A program made the position numbers and the translations under genes. Below, piece after piece: positions 46,974-56,182 of a stretch of DNA of 64,000 nt. The notes below the pieces were generated by a model. The model made no database searches, was not told the DNA's origin, and saw nothing but the letters and a program-made list of their open reading frames with translations. This stretch comes from Actinomycetes bacterium (GTDB taxonomy: Bacteria; Actinomycetota; Actinomycetes; S36-B12), in the NCBI GenBank assembly GCA_037130755.1, contig JBAXSI010000018.1, positions 918-64,917 of the forward strand, in the 5' to 3' direction. The number at the start of each line of letters is the position of its first letter. Positions within the stretch are counted from its first letter, which is position 1.

Positions 46974-48086
46974 ATGAGCCAACCAACACCGTCGGCGTTG
47001 CCCTCATGGCCGTCGATCCTGAACCGACTGCTGGACCACCAGGACCTTGACGGACCCACCGCCTCCTGGGCCATGAACCAGATTCTCAGCGGCGAGGCCA
47101 CGCCGGCGCAGGTCGCCGGCTTCGTCACGGCTCTGCGATCCAAGGGCGAGACTCCCGTCGAAGTGGACGCGCTCGTCGCGGTCATGCTCGACCATGCCCG
47201 ACTCCTGGACCTTGGTCCGAACCGACCGCCCGTGGTGCTCGACGTCGTCGGCACGGGTGGTGACCAGTCCCACACCGTCAACATCTCGACGATGACGGCT
47301 CTGGTGTGCGCGGCCGCGGGTGCGCCGATCGTGAAGCACGGCAACCGGGCCGCGTCGTCGTCGACGGGCACCGCCGACGTGCTCGAGGAGCTCGGGGTCG
47401 CGATCGACCTCGACCCGGCCGGGGTCGGCCAGAGCGTGATCCGCGCGGGGATCGGCTTCTGCTTCGCGCAGGTGCACCACCCGGCGATGCGCCATGCCGG
47501 CCCCACGCGTCGCGAACTGGGCGTGCCGACCGTCTTCAACATTCTCGGCCCGCTGACCAACCCGGGCCTGGCCAACGCCGCCCTGGTCGGCTGCGCGAGC
47601 GCCGCGATGGCTCCGGTGATGGCCGACGTCCTGTGCCGTCGCGGGGTCCGCGCACTGGTCGTCAGGGGAGATGACGGCCTCGACGAGATCTCCACGATCG
47701 CCACGACGCATGTGTGGGACGCCACCGGTGACACGGTGGTGGAGTCGACGATCGATCCGGTGCTCCTTGCCATCCCGCTCGTGGAGCCTTCGGCCCTTCG
47801 CGGGGGCGAGCCTGCGCGCAACGCTCTTCTGCTTCGCAAGACGCTCGGCGGGGTGCCGGCGGACGACATCGACGCAGGTCAGGTCACCGCGATCCGCGAT
47901 GCCGTCGCGCTGAACGCGGCGGCCGCACTCGTGGCTTTCGACGCCGCCTCCGGCGAGCCGTCCGAAGGCGACCTGATGGATCGCATCGGGGCGCGGCTCC
48001 CGGCCGCGCGCGCGGTGCTGGACACGGGCTCGGCCCTTGCTCTGCTCGACCGGTGGATCGTTGTGACGCAGCAGTTGCGACCCTGA
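46974..48086 (+). CDS. trpD: anthranilate phosphoribosyltransferase
   Basis: ATG at 46974, 370 aa. Contains VVGTGGDQSHTVNIST, KHGNRAASS and FNILGPLTNP. Confidence 0.95.
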   Translation: MSQPTPSALPSWPSILNRLLDHQDLDGPTASWAMNQILSGEATPAQVAGFVTALRSKGETPVEVDALVAVMLDHARLLDLGPNRPPVVLDVVGTGGDQSHTVNISTMTALVCAAAGAPIVKHGNRAASSSTGTADVLEELGVAIDLDPAGVGQSVIRAGIGFCFAQVHHPAMRHAGPTRRELGVPTVFNILGPLTNPGLANAALVGCASAAMAPVMADVLCRRGVRALVVRGDDGLDEISTIATTHVWDATGDTVVESTIDPVLLAIPLVEPSALRGGEPARNALLLRKTLGGVPADDIDAGQVTAIRDAVALNAAAALVAFDAASGEPSEGDLMDRIGARLPAARAVLDTGSALALLDRWIVVTQQLRP

Positions 48087-48115
48087 CCGACCGCCGGTCG
48101 AACCCGCAGCACCCG

Positions 48116-49957
48116 TCAGGCGCTGAGCATCCGGGTGCGTGGTCGGGCATCGACCGGGCCAAGCGGCCGCGCGTACGCCCCTACCTCACGGTCCTCGTCG
48201 ACGCCGAATCGACGGCTCTGGGTGGACTCGCGGACCCCTGCGAGGAGCTGCTCCACATCGCCCCCGCAATGCAGCGGTAGGGCGAGCGGGTGCGGCGCCA
48301 CCACCAGACGCACGCCCTCGGTGTCGAGCCAGCGCAGGATCTCCAAGGCCTCCTCGGTGAGTCCTGCGGGAGCCGGGTGCTGGCCCGGCTCGACATGGTC
48401 GGCGGACTGCAGGAGCGCCTCGACGATGGGCCGGGGGTCGGCCCCCGGTGCTGCAGTACCGGCCCCGGCGAGGCGCCCGTGCTTGATGACGTGGATGTCC
48501 CAGCCGAGGTCCGGTGTCGGCGCTGCTGCCACGACGACATCTGCCCCGGACAGCGCCGCCAGGCGATGGGTGCGCAGGCTCGCTGTCGCGAGCGCACTGA
48601 GCCGATCGCGCCAGCCGGCTGCGTCCTCGAAGCGCTCCTCCACAGCCAGTCGCGCGATGCGCGTCATGACGGTTGCCGTGACGGCGCGAAGGTCCCCGGA
48701 CATGGCCGCGTCGACGCCGGAGACCAGCGCGGCATACGCCTCGCGATCGACGTCGGACGTGCACGGCGCGAGGCAGGTGCCCAGCTCGGCGCGGACGCAG
48801 CCGGGGATGCGGGTCTTCGGGGAGCGGGCGATGGCAGTGGTGCAACTGCGCAGCGGGAAGGCCAGGAGCAGCGCCTCCGCCGCGAGCCCCGCCGTCACCC
48901 GCGAATTGAACGGGCCCAGGTAGCGCGCGCCCTTGTCGGCGTCCTCGCTGACGGTGCGCACCACTGAGAGCCGGGGAGCGGCCTCGGCGGTCAGCTTGAG
49001 CCATGTCTGGGCCTGCGGGCGCTTGGACCGGATGTTGTAGCGCGGCTTCTCTGCCGCGATGAGACGAAGCTCGCGCACGCGCGCCTCCAGCGTGGTCGCG
49101 CACACAATCGGGACTACGCGCGTGGCGATCTGCACCATCTCCGCCATGCGACGACGTTGCTCGGCGGCCGTGAAGTAGCTGCGCACCCGCGTGCGGATGT
49201 TGCGAGACGTGCCGACGTAGAGCGCCGTGCCCTGCGCGTCCTGGAAGACGTAGACGCCGGGTCGGTCGGGGAGCCCGTCGGCGAGGTGGCGCTTGGTGCG
49301 CTGTGCCGAACTGACCCGGGAGGAGAACTCCTGGAGATCCTCCAGAGTGGCCACGCCGAGGTCGCCGACGCGTTCGATGAGTCGGTGCAGGACGTCTGCC
49401 GTGGCGCGGGCGTCGTCGAAGGCGCGATGCGTGGGCGTGACGGTGGTGCGGAAGTGCGCGGCCAGCGTCGACAGCTTGCAGTTGCGGACCTCGTCGCGAT
49501 GGAGCGCGACCCTGGCCAGACGGGCCGTGTCGACGACGGGCGGATTGGGCCACTGGTAGCCGAACTTGGCGCAGGCGCCCTTGAGGAAACCCACGTCATA
49601 GGGCGCGTTGTGCGCGACGATCACGGCGCCCGCCGCGAACTCGAGGAAGTCCGGAAGGACCCGTCGCACTTCCGGGGCCGTCGCGACGAGGGCGTCAGTG
49701 ATGCCGGTGAGCGCCGCCACGAACGGGGGGATGGGGATACCGGGGTTCGTGAGTGTTGCGAACTCGCCCACGACTTCGCCGCCGCGGACCTTGACGGCGC
49801 CGAACTCCGTGATGCCCGCCTCGACAGGTGCACCACCTGTCGTCTCCAGGTCGACCACGACGAATGTGACGTCCGAGAGCGGCGTGCCGAGGTCGCTGAA
49901 CGAGGACTGGACGCCGACGGGGCCCGATGCGGATCGGGATGACGGCGATGTGGGCAC
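48116..49957 (-). CDS. DEDD (DnaQ-like) 3'-5' exonuclease fused to a GIY-YIG / UvrC-like region (Rv2191-type)
   Basis: Exonuclease motifs VVVDLETTG, AHNAPYDVGFL and HRAFDDARATA. GIY-YIG block GVYVFQDAQGTALYVGTSRNIRTRVRSY. Start set at the in-frame GTG at 49957 (613 aa). The ATG at 50131 would overlap the divergent gene by 110 nt. Confidence 0.8.
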   Translation of the reverse strand: MPTSPSSRSASGPVGVQSSFSDLGTPLSDVTFVVVDLETTGGAPVEAGITEFGAVKVRGGEVVGEFATLTNPGIPIPPFVAALTGITDALVATAPEVRRVLPDFLEFAAGAVIVAHNAPYDVGFLKGACAKFGYQWPNPPVVDTARLARVALHRDEVRNCKLSTLAAHFRTTVTPTHRAFDDARATADVLHRLIERVGDLGVATLEDLQEFSSRVSSAQRTKRHLADGLPDRPGVYVFQDAQGTALYVGTSRNIRTRVRSYFTAAEQRRRMAEMVQIATRVVPIVCATTLEARVRELRLIAAEKPRYNIRSKRPQAQTWLKLTAEAAPRLSVVRTVSEDADKGARYLGPFNSRVTAGLAAEALLLAFPLRSCTTAIARSPKTRIPGCVRAELGTCLAPCTSDVDREAYAALVSGVDAAMSGDLRAVTATVMTRIARLAVEERFEDAAGWRDRLSALATASLRTHRLAALSGADVVVAAAPTPDLGWDIHVIKHGRLAGAGTAAPGADPRPIVEALLQSADHVEPGQHPAPAGLTEEALEILRWLDTEGVRLVVAPHPLALPLHCGGDVEQLLAGVRESTQSRRFGVDEDREVGAYARPLGPVDARPRTRMLSA

Positions 49958-50020
49958 GGTTCGACCGTAGGGGACCTGACTGACACGAGGGGGGTAGCGA
50001 CACGTCGGTAGGCTCGTCGC

Positions 50021-50296
50021 GTGGCTGAACTCCAGATCCCTGACGAGCGCTCGCGGTGGCGCTGCGCCCACTGCGGCAACCTCACTCGATTCGACGTCCT
50101 CCGCAGTGCTCGCACGCGGGAGTTCTGGCATCTGGCCATGAGCGGCGAGCCGGTGATCGACGAGCGCGAGGTGCTCTCCGAGACCGTCGAGCAGGTCATC
50201 TGCCGGTGGTGCGGTGCAGGTGACCGCGTCGAGATCGTCGCGCGGCCGCAGTTCGGTGGTCCAGGCGACGAAGGCCCGGGCGACGGCGGTCCGTGA
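50021..50296 (+). CDS. small zinc-ribbon-like protein
   Basis: 91 aa, GTG start, with CAHC ... CRWC cysteine pairs. G/C-rich third positions. Confidence 0.55.
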   Translation: MAELQIPDERSRWRCAHCGNLTRFDVLRSARTREFWHLAMSGEPVIDEREVLSETVEQVICRWCGAGDRVEIVARPQFGGPGDEGPGDGGP

Positions 50297-50342
50297 TCGG
50301 TTGCTCGGCTGCGGTGTCAGAGGGTCGTTCTACCGTTCCCGC

Positions 50343-50558
50343 ATGATCATCGACTGTGATTCGTGCGCTCATTCCCCAAGCCGCACGGGCGACCGCCTCG
50401 CGTGCGACGACTGCGTTGTCTCGGTCCTCCTCGGGCCGATCGACGCCAGCGGGCCGGTGACCCAGATCGCTGACGAGCACGCGCGGGCGGTCAGCGTCCT
50501 GGCCGACTCTGGCCTCGTTCCGCCCCTGCGGCTGGTTCGGCCCTCACGGGCCAGCTGA
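50343..50558 (+). CDS. small cysteine-rich protein
   Basis: ATG at 50343 within ORF 50214..50558, 71 aa (MIIDCDSCAHSPSRTGDRLACDDCVVSVLLGP...). G/C-rich third positions. Confidence 0.45.
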   Translation: MIIDCDSCAHSPSRTGDRLACDDCVVSVLLGPIDASGPVTQIADEHARAVSVLADSGLVPPLRLVRPSRAS

Positions 50559-50761
50559 CCTCAGGGTGGCGTTCGTCACGCCCCATGAGGCTCACAGGAA
50601 ATGCAGGCGTTTTGTCCCAGTTAGTATGCACAGCTGGGGGAACGGCCGACCCGCGTCCGGCGTCGGACGGATAGCATGGGTCACCCCAGTCCGGGCCTGA
50701 CCCTGATTCCGTTGCCGCCAGCAGCGTCGTCATCGAGGCCGCAAAACGAAGGGATGACCGC

Positions 50762-51904
50762 GTGCTCCAGGGAACTGCGCGCCGTTGGCGCGTCAGCTCA
50801 CCGACGAGCGGTCCTCGCACCCTCGGATTCCGGCCCTCCCGAAGCGTCGTGGGCGCCGCGCTGGCCCTCGTCGTCCTGTTCGCAGGTTTCGTCGTCGCCC
50901 CGGATTCGTCGGCTGCACCCACCCCGAGCCGCGACATCAATCAGGTGGCCAGCCAGGTTCGTGACCTCGAGATGCAGGCTGAGTCCGCGACGGAGCGGTA
51001 TAACAACGCCCGAAACGAGCTGGCCGACGTCCAGGCGCAGCTTGACGCCCTGAAGCAGCGCAGCAAGCGCGAGAGCCGTCACTTGCAGCAGGTCCTGGCC
51101 TCGGTCGACGACCTCGCCCGATCGGCCTATACCAGCGGCGGCATGGACACGTCCCTTCAGGTGCTGCTCGCCGAGAACCCCTCGGAGTTCCTCGCGCAGG
51201 CCGCGGCACTCGATCAGGTGGCGCAGTCGCAGTCGGCCGCGATCCGCCGCACCCAGACGGCGCGCGTCCGCCTTGCCCAGAGCCAGGCCGCCATCAAGGA
51301 CAAGGAGGCCCTGGCGCAGAGCAAGCGCACCGACATGGCCTCTGCCAAGGCCGATGCCGACAAGCGGCTCGCCGATGCCCAGGCGCTGCTCGCCAGTCTC
51401 AAGGCCGCCGAGCGGCAGCGCCTCGCGCAGTTGGCTGCCCAGCAGCGACGCTCCTCGTTCTCAGCGGCGCGCAGCGCAGCGCTTCAGCTGCCGTCCGGCA
51501 GCTCCGCCAGCGCGGCCGGCGGCGGGTTCGCCGGCGGCGGGCGGGGTGCCCTTGCGGTCCGCTACGCGCTATCGCACGTGGGGCAGTCCTACGTGGCCGC
51601 TGCCGCGGGGCCCAGCGCGTTCGACTGCTCGGGTCTGACCCTCGCCGCCTGGCGACAGGCCGGCGTCTCACTCCCGCATTACAGCTTCTCGCAGTACAGC
51701 ACCACGCGGCACATCCCGCTGAGCATGGCCCAGCCCGGTGACCTGCTGTTCTTCTTCGGTGGCGGCACTCACCACGTGGCGATGTACATCGGCGGCGGCA
51801 AAATGGTGCACGCCGCGAACCCCAGCAGCGGCGTGATCGTCAGCAGCGTCAACGAGGGCTGGTACCAGCAGCGTTTCAGCGGCGTGGGCCGCGTCGTCGG
51901 CTGA
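50762..51904 (+). CDS. secreted coiled-coil NlpC/P60 peptidoglycan endopeptidase (RipA/RipC-like)
   Basis: 380 aa with a signal/TM segment and a long coiled-coil. C-terminal NlpC/P60 domain with the catalytic FDCSGL cysteine and HHVAMYIGGGKMVHA. Confidence 0.88.
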   Translation: MLQGTARRWRVSSPTSGPRTLGFRPSRSVVGAALALVVLFAGFVVAPDSSAAPTPSRDINQVASQVRDLEMQAESATERYNNARNELADVQAQLDALKQRSKRESRHLQQVLASVDDLARSAYTSGGMDTSLQVLLAENPSEFLAQAAALDQVAQSQSAAIRRTQTARVRLAQSQAAIKDKEALAQSKRTDMASAKADADKRLADAQALLASLKAAERQRLAQLAAQQRRSSFSAARSAALQLPSGSSASAAGGGFAGGGRGALAVRYALSHVGQSYVAAAAGPSAFDCSGLTLAAWRQAGVSLPHYSFSQYSTTRHIPLSMAQPGDLLFFFGGGTHHVAMYIGGGKMVHAANPSSGVIVSSVNEGWYQQRFSGVGRVVG

Positions 51905-51969
51905 TCGTCCACTGCAGCACGCCGCGTCAATCCCGACGTTTCTTGCGACGCAGGACGCTGCAGTCGGCG

Positions 51970-53766
51970 TCAGGAGTAGAGGGACTCGACGTCGGCTGCG
52001 AACTCGTTCATCACCACGTTCCGCTTGAGCTTCAGCGACGGCGTGATCTGGCCGCCTTCCTCCGTCCAGTCGACGGTGAGGATCTTGAACTTCTTGATCG
52101 CCTCCGCATGCGACACGGCCTTGTTGGCGTCATCGACGGCGAGCTGAATCGCCGCGTTCAGGCCAGGGTCGTCCACCATGTCCGCGACCGTCGAGTTCGC
52201 CGGCTTGTTGTTCTGCTTGACCCAGGCAGGGAAGGACTCGGGGTCGATGGTGACCAGGGCGGCGATGAAGGGCTTGTTGTCGCCGACGACCATGCACTGG
52301 CTGACCAGCCAGTTGCCGCGCAGCCGGTCCTCGAGGACGGCCGGCGCGACGTTCTTGCCCGCAGCCGTGACGAGCAGTTCCTTCTTGCGGCCGGTGATCT
52401 TGACGAATCCGTCGTCGTCGATCTCGCCGATGTCGCCGGAGTGGAACCAGCCGTCGGCCTCGATCGCCTCGCGCGTGGCCGCGTCGTTGTTCCAGTAGCC
52501 GACGAAGATCTGGTCGCCGCCAAGGAGCAGTTCGCCATCCGCGGCGACCTTGACCTTGGCACCCGGAAGCGGCTGTCCGACCGAGCCGATGCGGATCGCG
52601 CTCGGGCGGTTGACGGTGGTGGCCGCCGATGTCTCGGTCAGGCCGTAGCCCTCGAGGATCGTGACGTTGATGCCGCGGAAGAAGTGGCCGAGGCGGGCGC
52701 CGAGGGGGCCGCCGCCGGAGACCGCCCAGCGCATGTTGCCGCCCATCGCCTGGCGCAGCTTGCCGTAGACCAGCCGATCGAAGACCGCATGCTTGATCTT
52801 CAGCATCAGGCCGGGGCCGCCGTTGTCCATCGCCTCGCTGTACTCGATTGCCGTCGCGGCGGCGGTGTCGAAGATGCCGCCCTTGCCGTCGGCCACTGCC
52901 TTCTGCTGCGAGGCGTTGTAGATCTTCTCGAAGACGCGGGGAACGGCGAGCAGGAATGTCGGCTGGAACGACTGCATGCCGGGAAGGAGCGCCTTGATGT
53001 CGGCGCTGTGGCCCAGGCGCACGCCTGCGCGGATGCAGCCGAGCTGGATGGCCCGGCCGAAGACGTGGGCGATCGGCAGGAACAGCAGTGTCGACGAGCC
53101 CTCGACAAGGAACACATCGGGCAGTCCGTTGACGACGTTGTCGACCTCGAACATGAAGTTGCGGTGTGTCAGCGTGCAGCCCTTGGGGCGGCCCGTGGTG
53201 CCCGACGTGTAGATGATCGTGGCCACCGAGTCCGGGGTGAGCGTCGCGCGCCGCGCCTCGAGGTCGGCGTCCGAGACCACCGTGCCCTCCTTCTTGAGGT
53301 CGTCGATGATGCCGTCGTCGAACACCCACATGCGTGTGACGGTCGGGATGTCGACCGCGACCTCGTCGAAGGCCGCCTTGTTCCTCTCGCTCTCGAAGAA
53401 GACGGCAACCGCGCCGGAGTCGCTCAGCATCCACTGGATCTGCTCGGCGGACGACGTCTCGTAGACGGGCACGCTGACGGCGCCGGCGTACCAGATGGCG
53501 TAGTCGACCAGGGTCCACTCGTACCGCGTACGGCTCATGACGCCGATGCGCTCACCGGCCTGCACGCCATTCGCGACGATGCCCTTGGCCACCGCCTTCA
53601 CCTCGTCCAGGAACTGCTGGGAGGTGACCCCGACCCACGCTTCCCCCCGGGGCACAGACAGCGCCACGTGTGCAGGGCGGTTCTCGGCGTTGTCGACGAT
53701 GTGGTCGACCAGACTCCCGGTCGTGGGAGTGGGTACGACTGCGGGTACGGCGAATTCAGTCTTCAT
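51970..53766 (-). CDS. fadD: long-chain fatty-acid--CoA ligase (AMP-forming, FadD15-like)
   Basis: 1012-aa ORF trimmed to the ATG at 53766 (MKTEFAVPAVVPTP...), 598 aa. AMP motif IIYTSGTTGRPKG, plus GYGLTET and GWFHSGDIG. Confidence 0.9.
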   Translation of the reverse strand: MKTEFAVPAVVPTPTTGSLVDHIVDNAENRPAHVALSVPRGEAWVGVTSQQFLDEVKAVAKGIVANGVQAGERIGVMSRTRYEWTLVDYAIWYAGAVSVPVYETSSAEQIQWMLSDSGAVAVFFESERNKAAFDEVAVDIPTVTRMWVFDDGIIDDLKKEGTVVSDADLEARRATLTPDSVATIIYTSGTTGRPKGCTLTHRNFMFEVDNVVNGLPDVFLVEGSSTLLFLPIAHVFGRAIQLGCIRAGVRLGHSADIKALLPGMQSFQPTFLLAVPRVFEKIYNASQQKAVADGKGGIFDTAAATAIEYSEAMDNGGPGLMLKIKHAVFDRLVYGKLRQAMGGNMRWAVSGGGPLGARLGHFFRGINVTILEGYGLTETSAATTVNRPSAIRIGSVGQPLPGAKVKVAADGELLLGGDQIFVGYWNNDAATREAIEADGWFHSGDIGEIDDDGFVKITGRKKELLVTAAGKNVAPAVLEDRLRGNWLVSQCMVVGDNKPFIAALVTIDPESFPAWVKQNNKPANSTVADMVDDPGLNAAIQLAVDDANKAVSHAEAIKKFKILTVDWTEEGGQITPSLKLKRNVVMNEFAADVESLYS

Positions 53767-53874
53767 CCATTTAACGTAGAACAGATCGACAGGGTTAGCG
53801 ACCGGTTCGACCGGGAAGGCGCTGCTGGGCGATGATGGGCCTCGCGCAGTTTCTCCCTCCGAACAGGACCACTC

Positions 53875-54654
53875 ATGCGGGTTCACGTCGCCAGCGACGT
53901 CCACGGCGCCGCCGCCGCCCTTGCGCGGGCTGGTGCGGATTGCGACGTTTTCGTCTGTCTCGGCGACTTGATCTTGTTCCTCGACTATGACGATCCGCGG
54001 CAGGGGATCTTCGCTGACCTCTTCGGAGCCGACCATGCCCGCGACTACATCGAGGCCCGGACGGCCAACGACTTCGCCCGCGCCCACGAGCTCAGCTCGG
54101 CGGCCTGGGCCGCGATCGGAGTGACGGATCCCGCGGACCGCTGGCCGATGCTCGAGTCGATGGTGCGGGCGCAGTACGACGAACTGTTCGAGGCGATGCC
54201 CACCCCGGCCCTGTTGACCTACGGAAACGTGGACATCCCGTCCCTCTGGCCGGACTACACGCAGGCAGGTCACGATGTGGTCGACGGGGCGACCCGCGAG
54301 GTGGGTGGGCTCACCTGGGGGTTCGTAGGCGGCGGCCTGACCAGTCCGATGCGCACGCCGTACGAGATCGCGCCCGAGGCGTATGCCCAGAAGGTGGCGG
54401 CCCTCGGCCCCGTCGATGTCCTGTTCAGCCACATCCCGCCGGCCATCCCCGAACTGACGTACGACGTGGCGGCCCGGCGCTTCGAGCTCGGCAGCCGGGC
54501 ACTGCTGGAGTACGTGCTCGATGTGCAGCCGCGTTTCCACCTGTTCGGCCATGTCCACCAGCCGCTGACGGCGCGCACCCGGGTCGGGCGCACCGAGTGC
54601 ATCAACGTCGGCCACTTCCACGGTCGGCAGACACCCTTCGCCATCGATCTCTAG
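53875..54654 (+). CDS. metallophosphoesterase family protein (cytoplasmic)
   Basis: 259 aa with VASDVHG, CLGDL and FGHVHQP. Confidence 0.75.
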   Translation: MRVHVASDVHGAAAALARAGADCDVFVCLGDLILFLDYDDPRQGIFADLFGADHARDYIEARTANDFARAHELSSAAWAAIGVTDPADRWPMLESMVRAQYDELFEAMPTPALLTYGNVDIPSLWPDYTQAGHDVVDGATREVGGLTWGFVGGGLTSPMRTPYEIAPEAYAQKVAALGPVDVLFSHIPPAIPELTYDVAARRFELGSRALLEYVLDVQPRFHLFGHVHQPLTARTRVGRTECINVGHFHGRQTPFAIDL

Positions 54655-54684
54655 GGCCGCGGTCGAGGCGGTAGCCTTCGGACC

Positions 54685-55140
54685 ATGGCCGACCAGACCG
54701 AGTCCAGCATCGTCATCAACGCGGCACCGGCCGCGATCATGGACGTCATTGCCGACCTGCCCGCCTACCCGGAGTGGAGCGACGGCATCAAGGATGTCAA
54801 AGTCCTCGCCGTCTACGAGGAGGACAACCGGCCCGCCGATGCGCACTTCAACCTGGTCTCGGGCGCCATCAAGGACGACTACGAACTCGAGTACGACTGG
54901 AACGGCAACTCGAGCGTGTCGTGGACGCTCACTAAGGGCGACATGCTCACCGCGATGGACGGGATCTACGAACTCGTCGACAACGGCGACGGATCCACCA
55001 CGGTGCACTACCGGCTCAGCGTCGACGTCAAGATCCCGATGATCGGGATGATCAAGCGCAAGGCGGAGAAGGTCATCGTGGATACCGCGCTCAAGGGGCT
55101 GAAGAAGCGTGTCGAATCAGGCCCGGCTAATCCTTCTTAG
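54685..55140 (+). CDS. SRPBCC (START/polyketide-cyclase-like) protein, TB16.3/Rv2185c-type
   Basis: 151 aa (SSIVINAAPAAIMDVIADLPAYPEWSDGIK...). Confidence 0.8.
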   Translation: MADQTESSIVINAAPAAIMDVIADLPAYPEWSDGIKDVKVLAVYEEDNRPADAHFNLVSGAIKDDYELEYDWNGNSSVSWTLTKGDMLTAMDGIYELVDNGDGSTTVHYRLSVDVKIPMIGMIKRKAEKVIVDTALKGLKKRVESGPANPS

Positions 55141-56182
55141 CGGCACCGGAGGCAGCGGCACGACAACGCTGGTCGAGGCGTCCCGCGCGGCCGCACACGA
55201 CGAGGGCCTGCGTGCAGTCGTCGTCGACGCGGTCCATCCGGCTTTGGACGACGAATTCGCCCGGAACGTTCGGGATCTTGCGGGCGTCCTGGTGGGCTGG
55301 CTCGACGCAGATGACCTCCCGCTCGAGGCCTGGAGCTGCCTGCTGCCAGTGCGTCAGATGGCTGCCTGGGACCAGATCGCGACCGCACTCGATCAGCCGC
55401 AGGTCGACGTCGTGCTGGTCGACTGCGGGAGCCTTCGCGAGTCGCGCGCGCTCATGGAGTTCGCCGCCACGAGCCGACGCCTGCTCGATGCTGCGGTGAC
55501 CCCGAGCCTGGCGATGCGCAGCCAGGCCGCCCCCGTCGGGTCGAGCGAGGTTCACTTCGACGTCGTCAGCGACCTGCGCGACCGCCTCGCCGCAGTGGTG
55601 CGACTGGTGGAGAGCAGTCGTACGACGATGCGGCTGGTGACTGTCCCGGAGGAGGCGCAGGTGACGCGAACCCTGCGCGCCCAGGCGGCGTTCGCTCTGC
55701 TCGGCGTCCAGGTGGAGGCGATCATCCTGAACCGGTTCGCCCGCAAGTCCGAAGCAACCGGACGATCAGCGCTGACCGCGCAGGAGGCCCAGCTCGAGCG
55801 GGCCGAGCAGTCCTCGGCGGGCTCGTGGGTGTGGAAGTCCACGTCGACGCTGCGGCCGATCCCCAAGGACCGGTCGGTCGCCGGGCCACTCGGCGGCGTC
55901 GTCGTGCTCCGCATCGACGACCTTGAGGTCGTGGTCGAGGACGAGCAGTACTCGCTGGTCCTGCCGCTCGTCGGCGACGCCGCGCGCACCGCTTGCGTCG
56001 GTCGGGCCGGCGACGAGCTCGTGGTCGAGTTCGACGGCCTGCATCGCTGGCTGCCATTGCCGGCGGTGCTTCGTCGGTGCCATGCGGTGGACGCGACGCG
56101 GACGGGCACCAGCCTCGTCGTCTCGTTCGTGCCCGATGAGTCCCTCTGGCGGAAAGCGCCCGAGCCCGAGCAGGTCGCATGA
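55109..56182 (+). CDS. ArsA/Get3-like P-loop protein with degenerate Walker A and HSP20-like C-terminal domain (Rv2184c-type)
   Basis: 357 aa, GTG start. The P-loop position reads LSGTGGSGTTTL instead of GKGGVGKTT, so both lysines are absent. The C-terminus (VVVEDEQYSLVLPL...ELVVEFDGLHRWLPLP) resembles the ArsA-associated beta-sandwich. Confidence 0.65.
   Translation: MSNQARLILLSGTGGSGTTTLVEASRAAAHDEGLRAVVVDAVHPALDDEFARNVRDLAGVLVGWLDADDLPLEAWSCLLPVRQMAAWDQIATALDQPQVDVVLVDCGSLRESRALMEFAATSRRLLDAAVTPSLAMRSQAAPVGSSEVHFDVVSDLRDRLAAVVRLVESSRTTMRLVTVPEEAQVTRTLRAQAAFALLGVQVEAIILNRFARKSEATGRSALTAQEAQLERAEQSSAGSWVWKSTSTLRPIPKDRSVAGPLGGVVVLRIDDLEVVVEDEQYSLVLPLVGDAARTACVGRAGDELVVEFDGLHRWLPLPAVLRRCHAVDATRTGTSLVVSFVPDESLWRKAPEPEQVA

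Noticed and set aside
49958-50131. ATG at 50131 as the start of the exonuclease fusion gene
   Set aside because: It would overlap the divergent zinc-ribbon ORF by 110 nt and leave no promoter space. The in-frame GTG at 49957 is preferred but unproven, so it is kept as an alternative.
50559-50761. cyclic-di-AMP (ydaO) riboswitch upstream of the NlpC/P60 gene
   Set aside because: This was expected from the gene context. However, I cannot find the hallmark blocks I remember (GGGGUGAAUC, ACCCGxxCCGUCAGCUAACCUCG). Only generic GC helices are present, so it is reported only as an unassigned structured leader.
53767-55008. Upstream 414 codons of the 1012-aa minus-strand ORF containing the acyl-CoA ligase
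   Set aside because: It is antisense to the metallophosphoesterase and SRPBCC genes. Ligase similarity begins at MKTEFAV (ATG at 53766).
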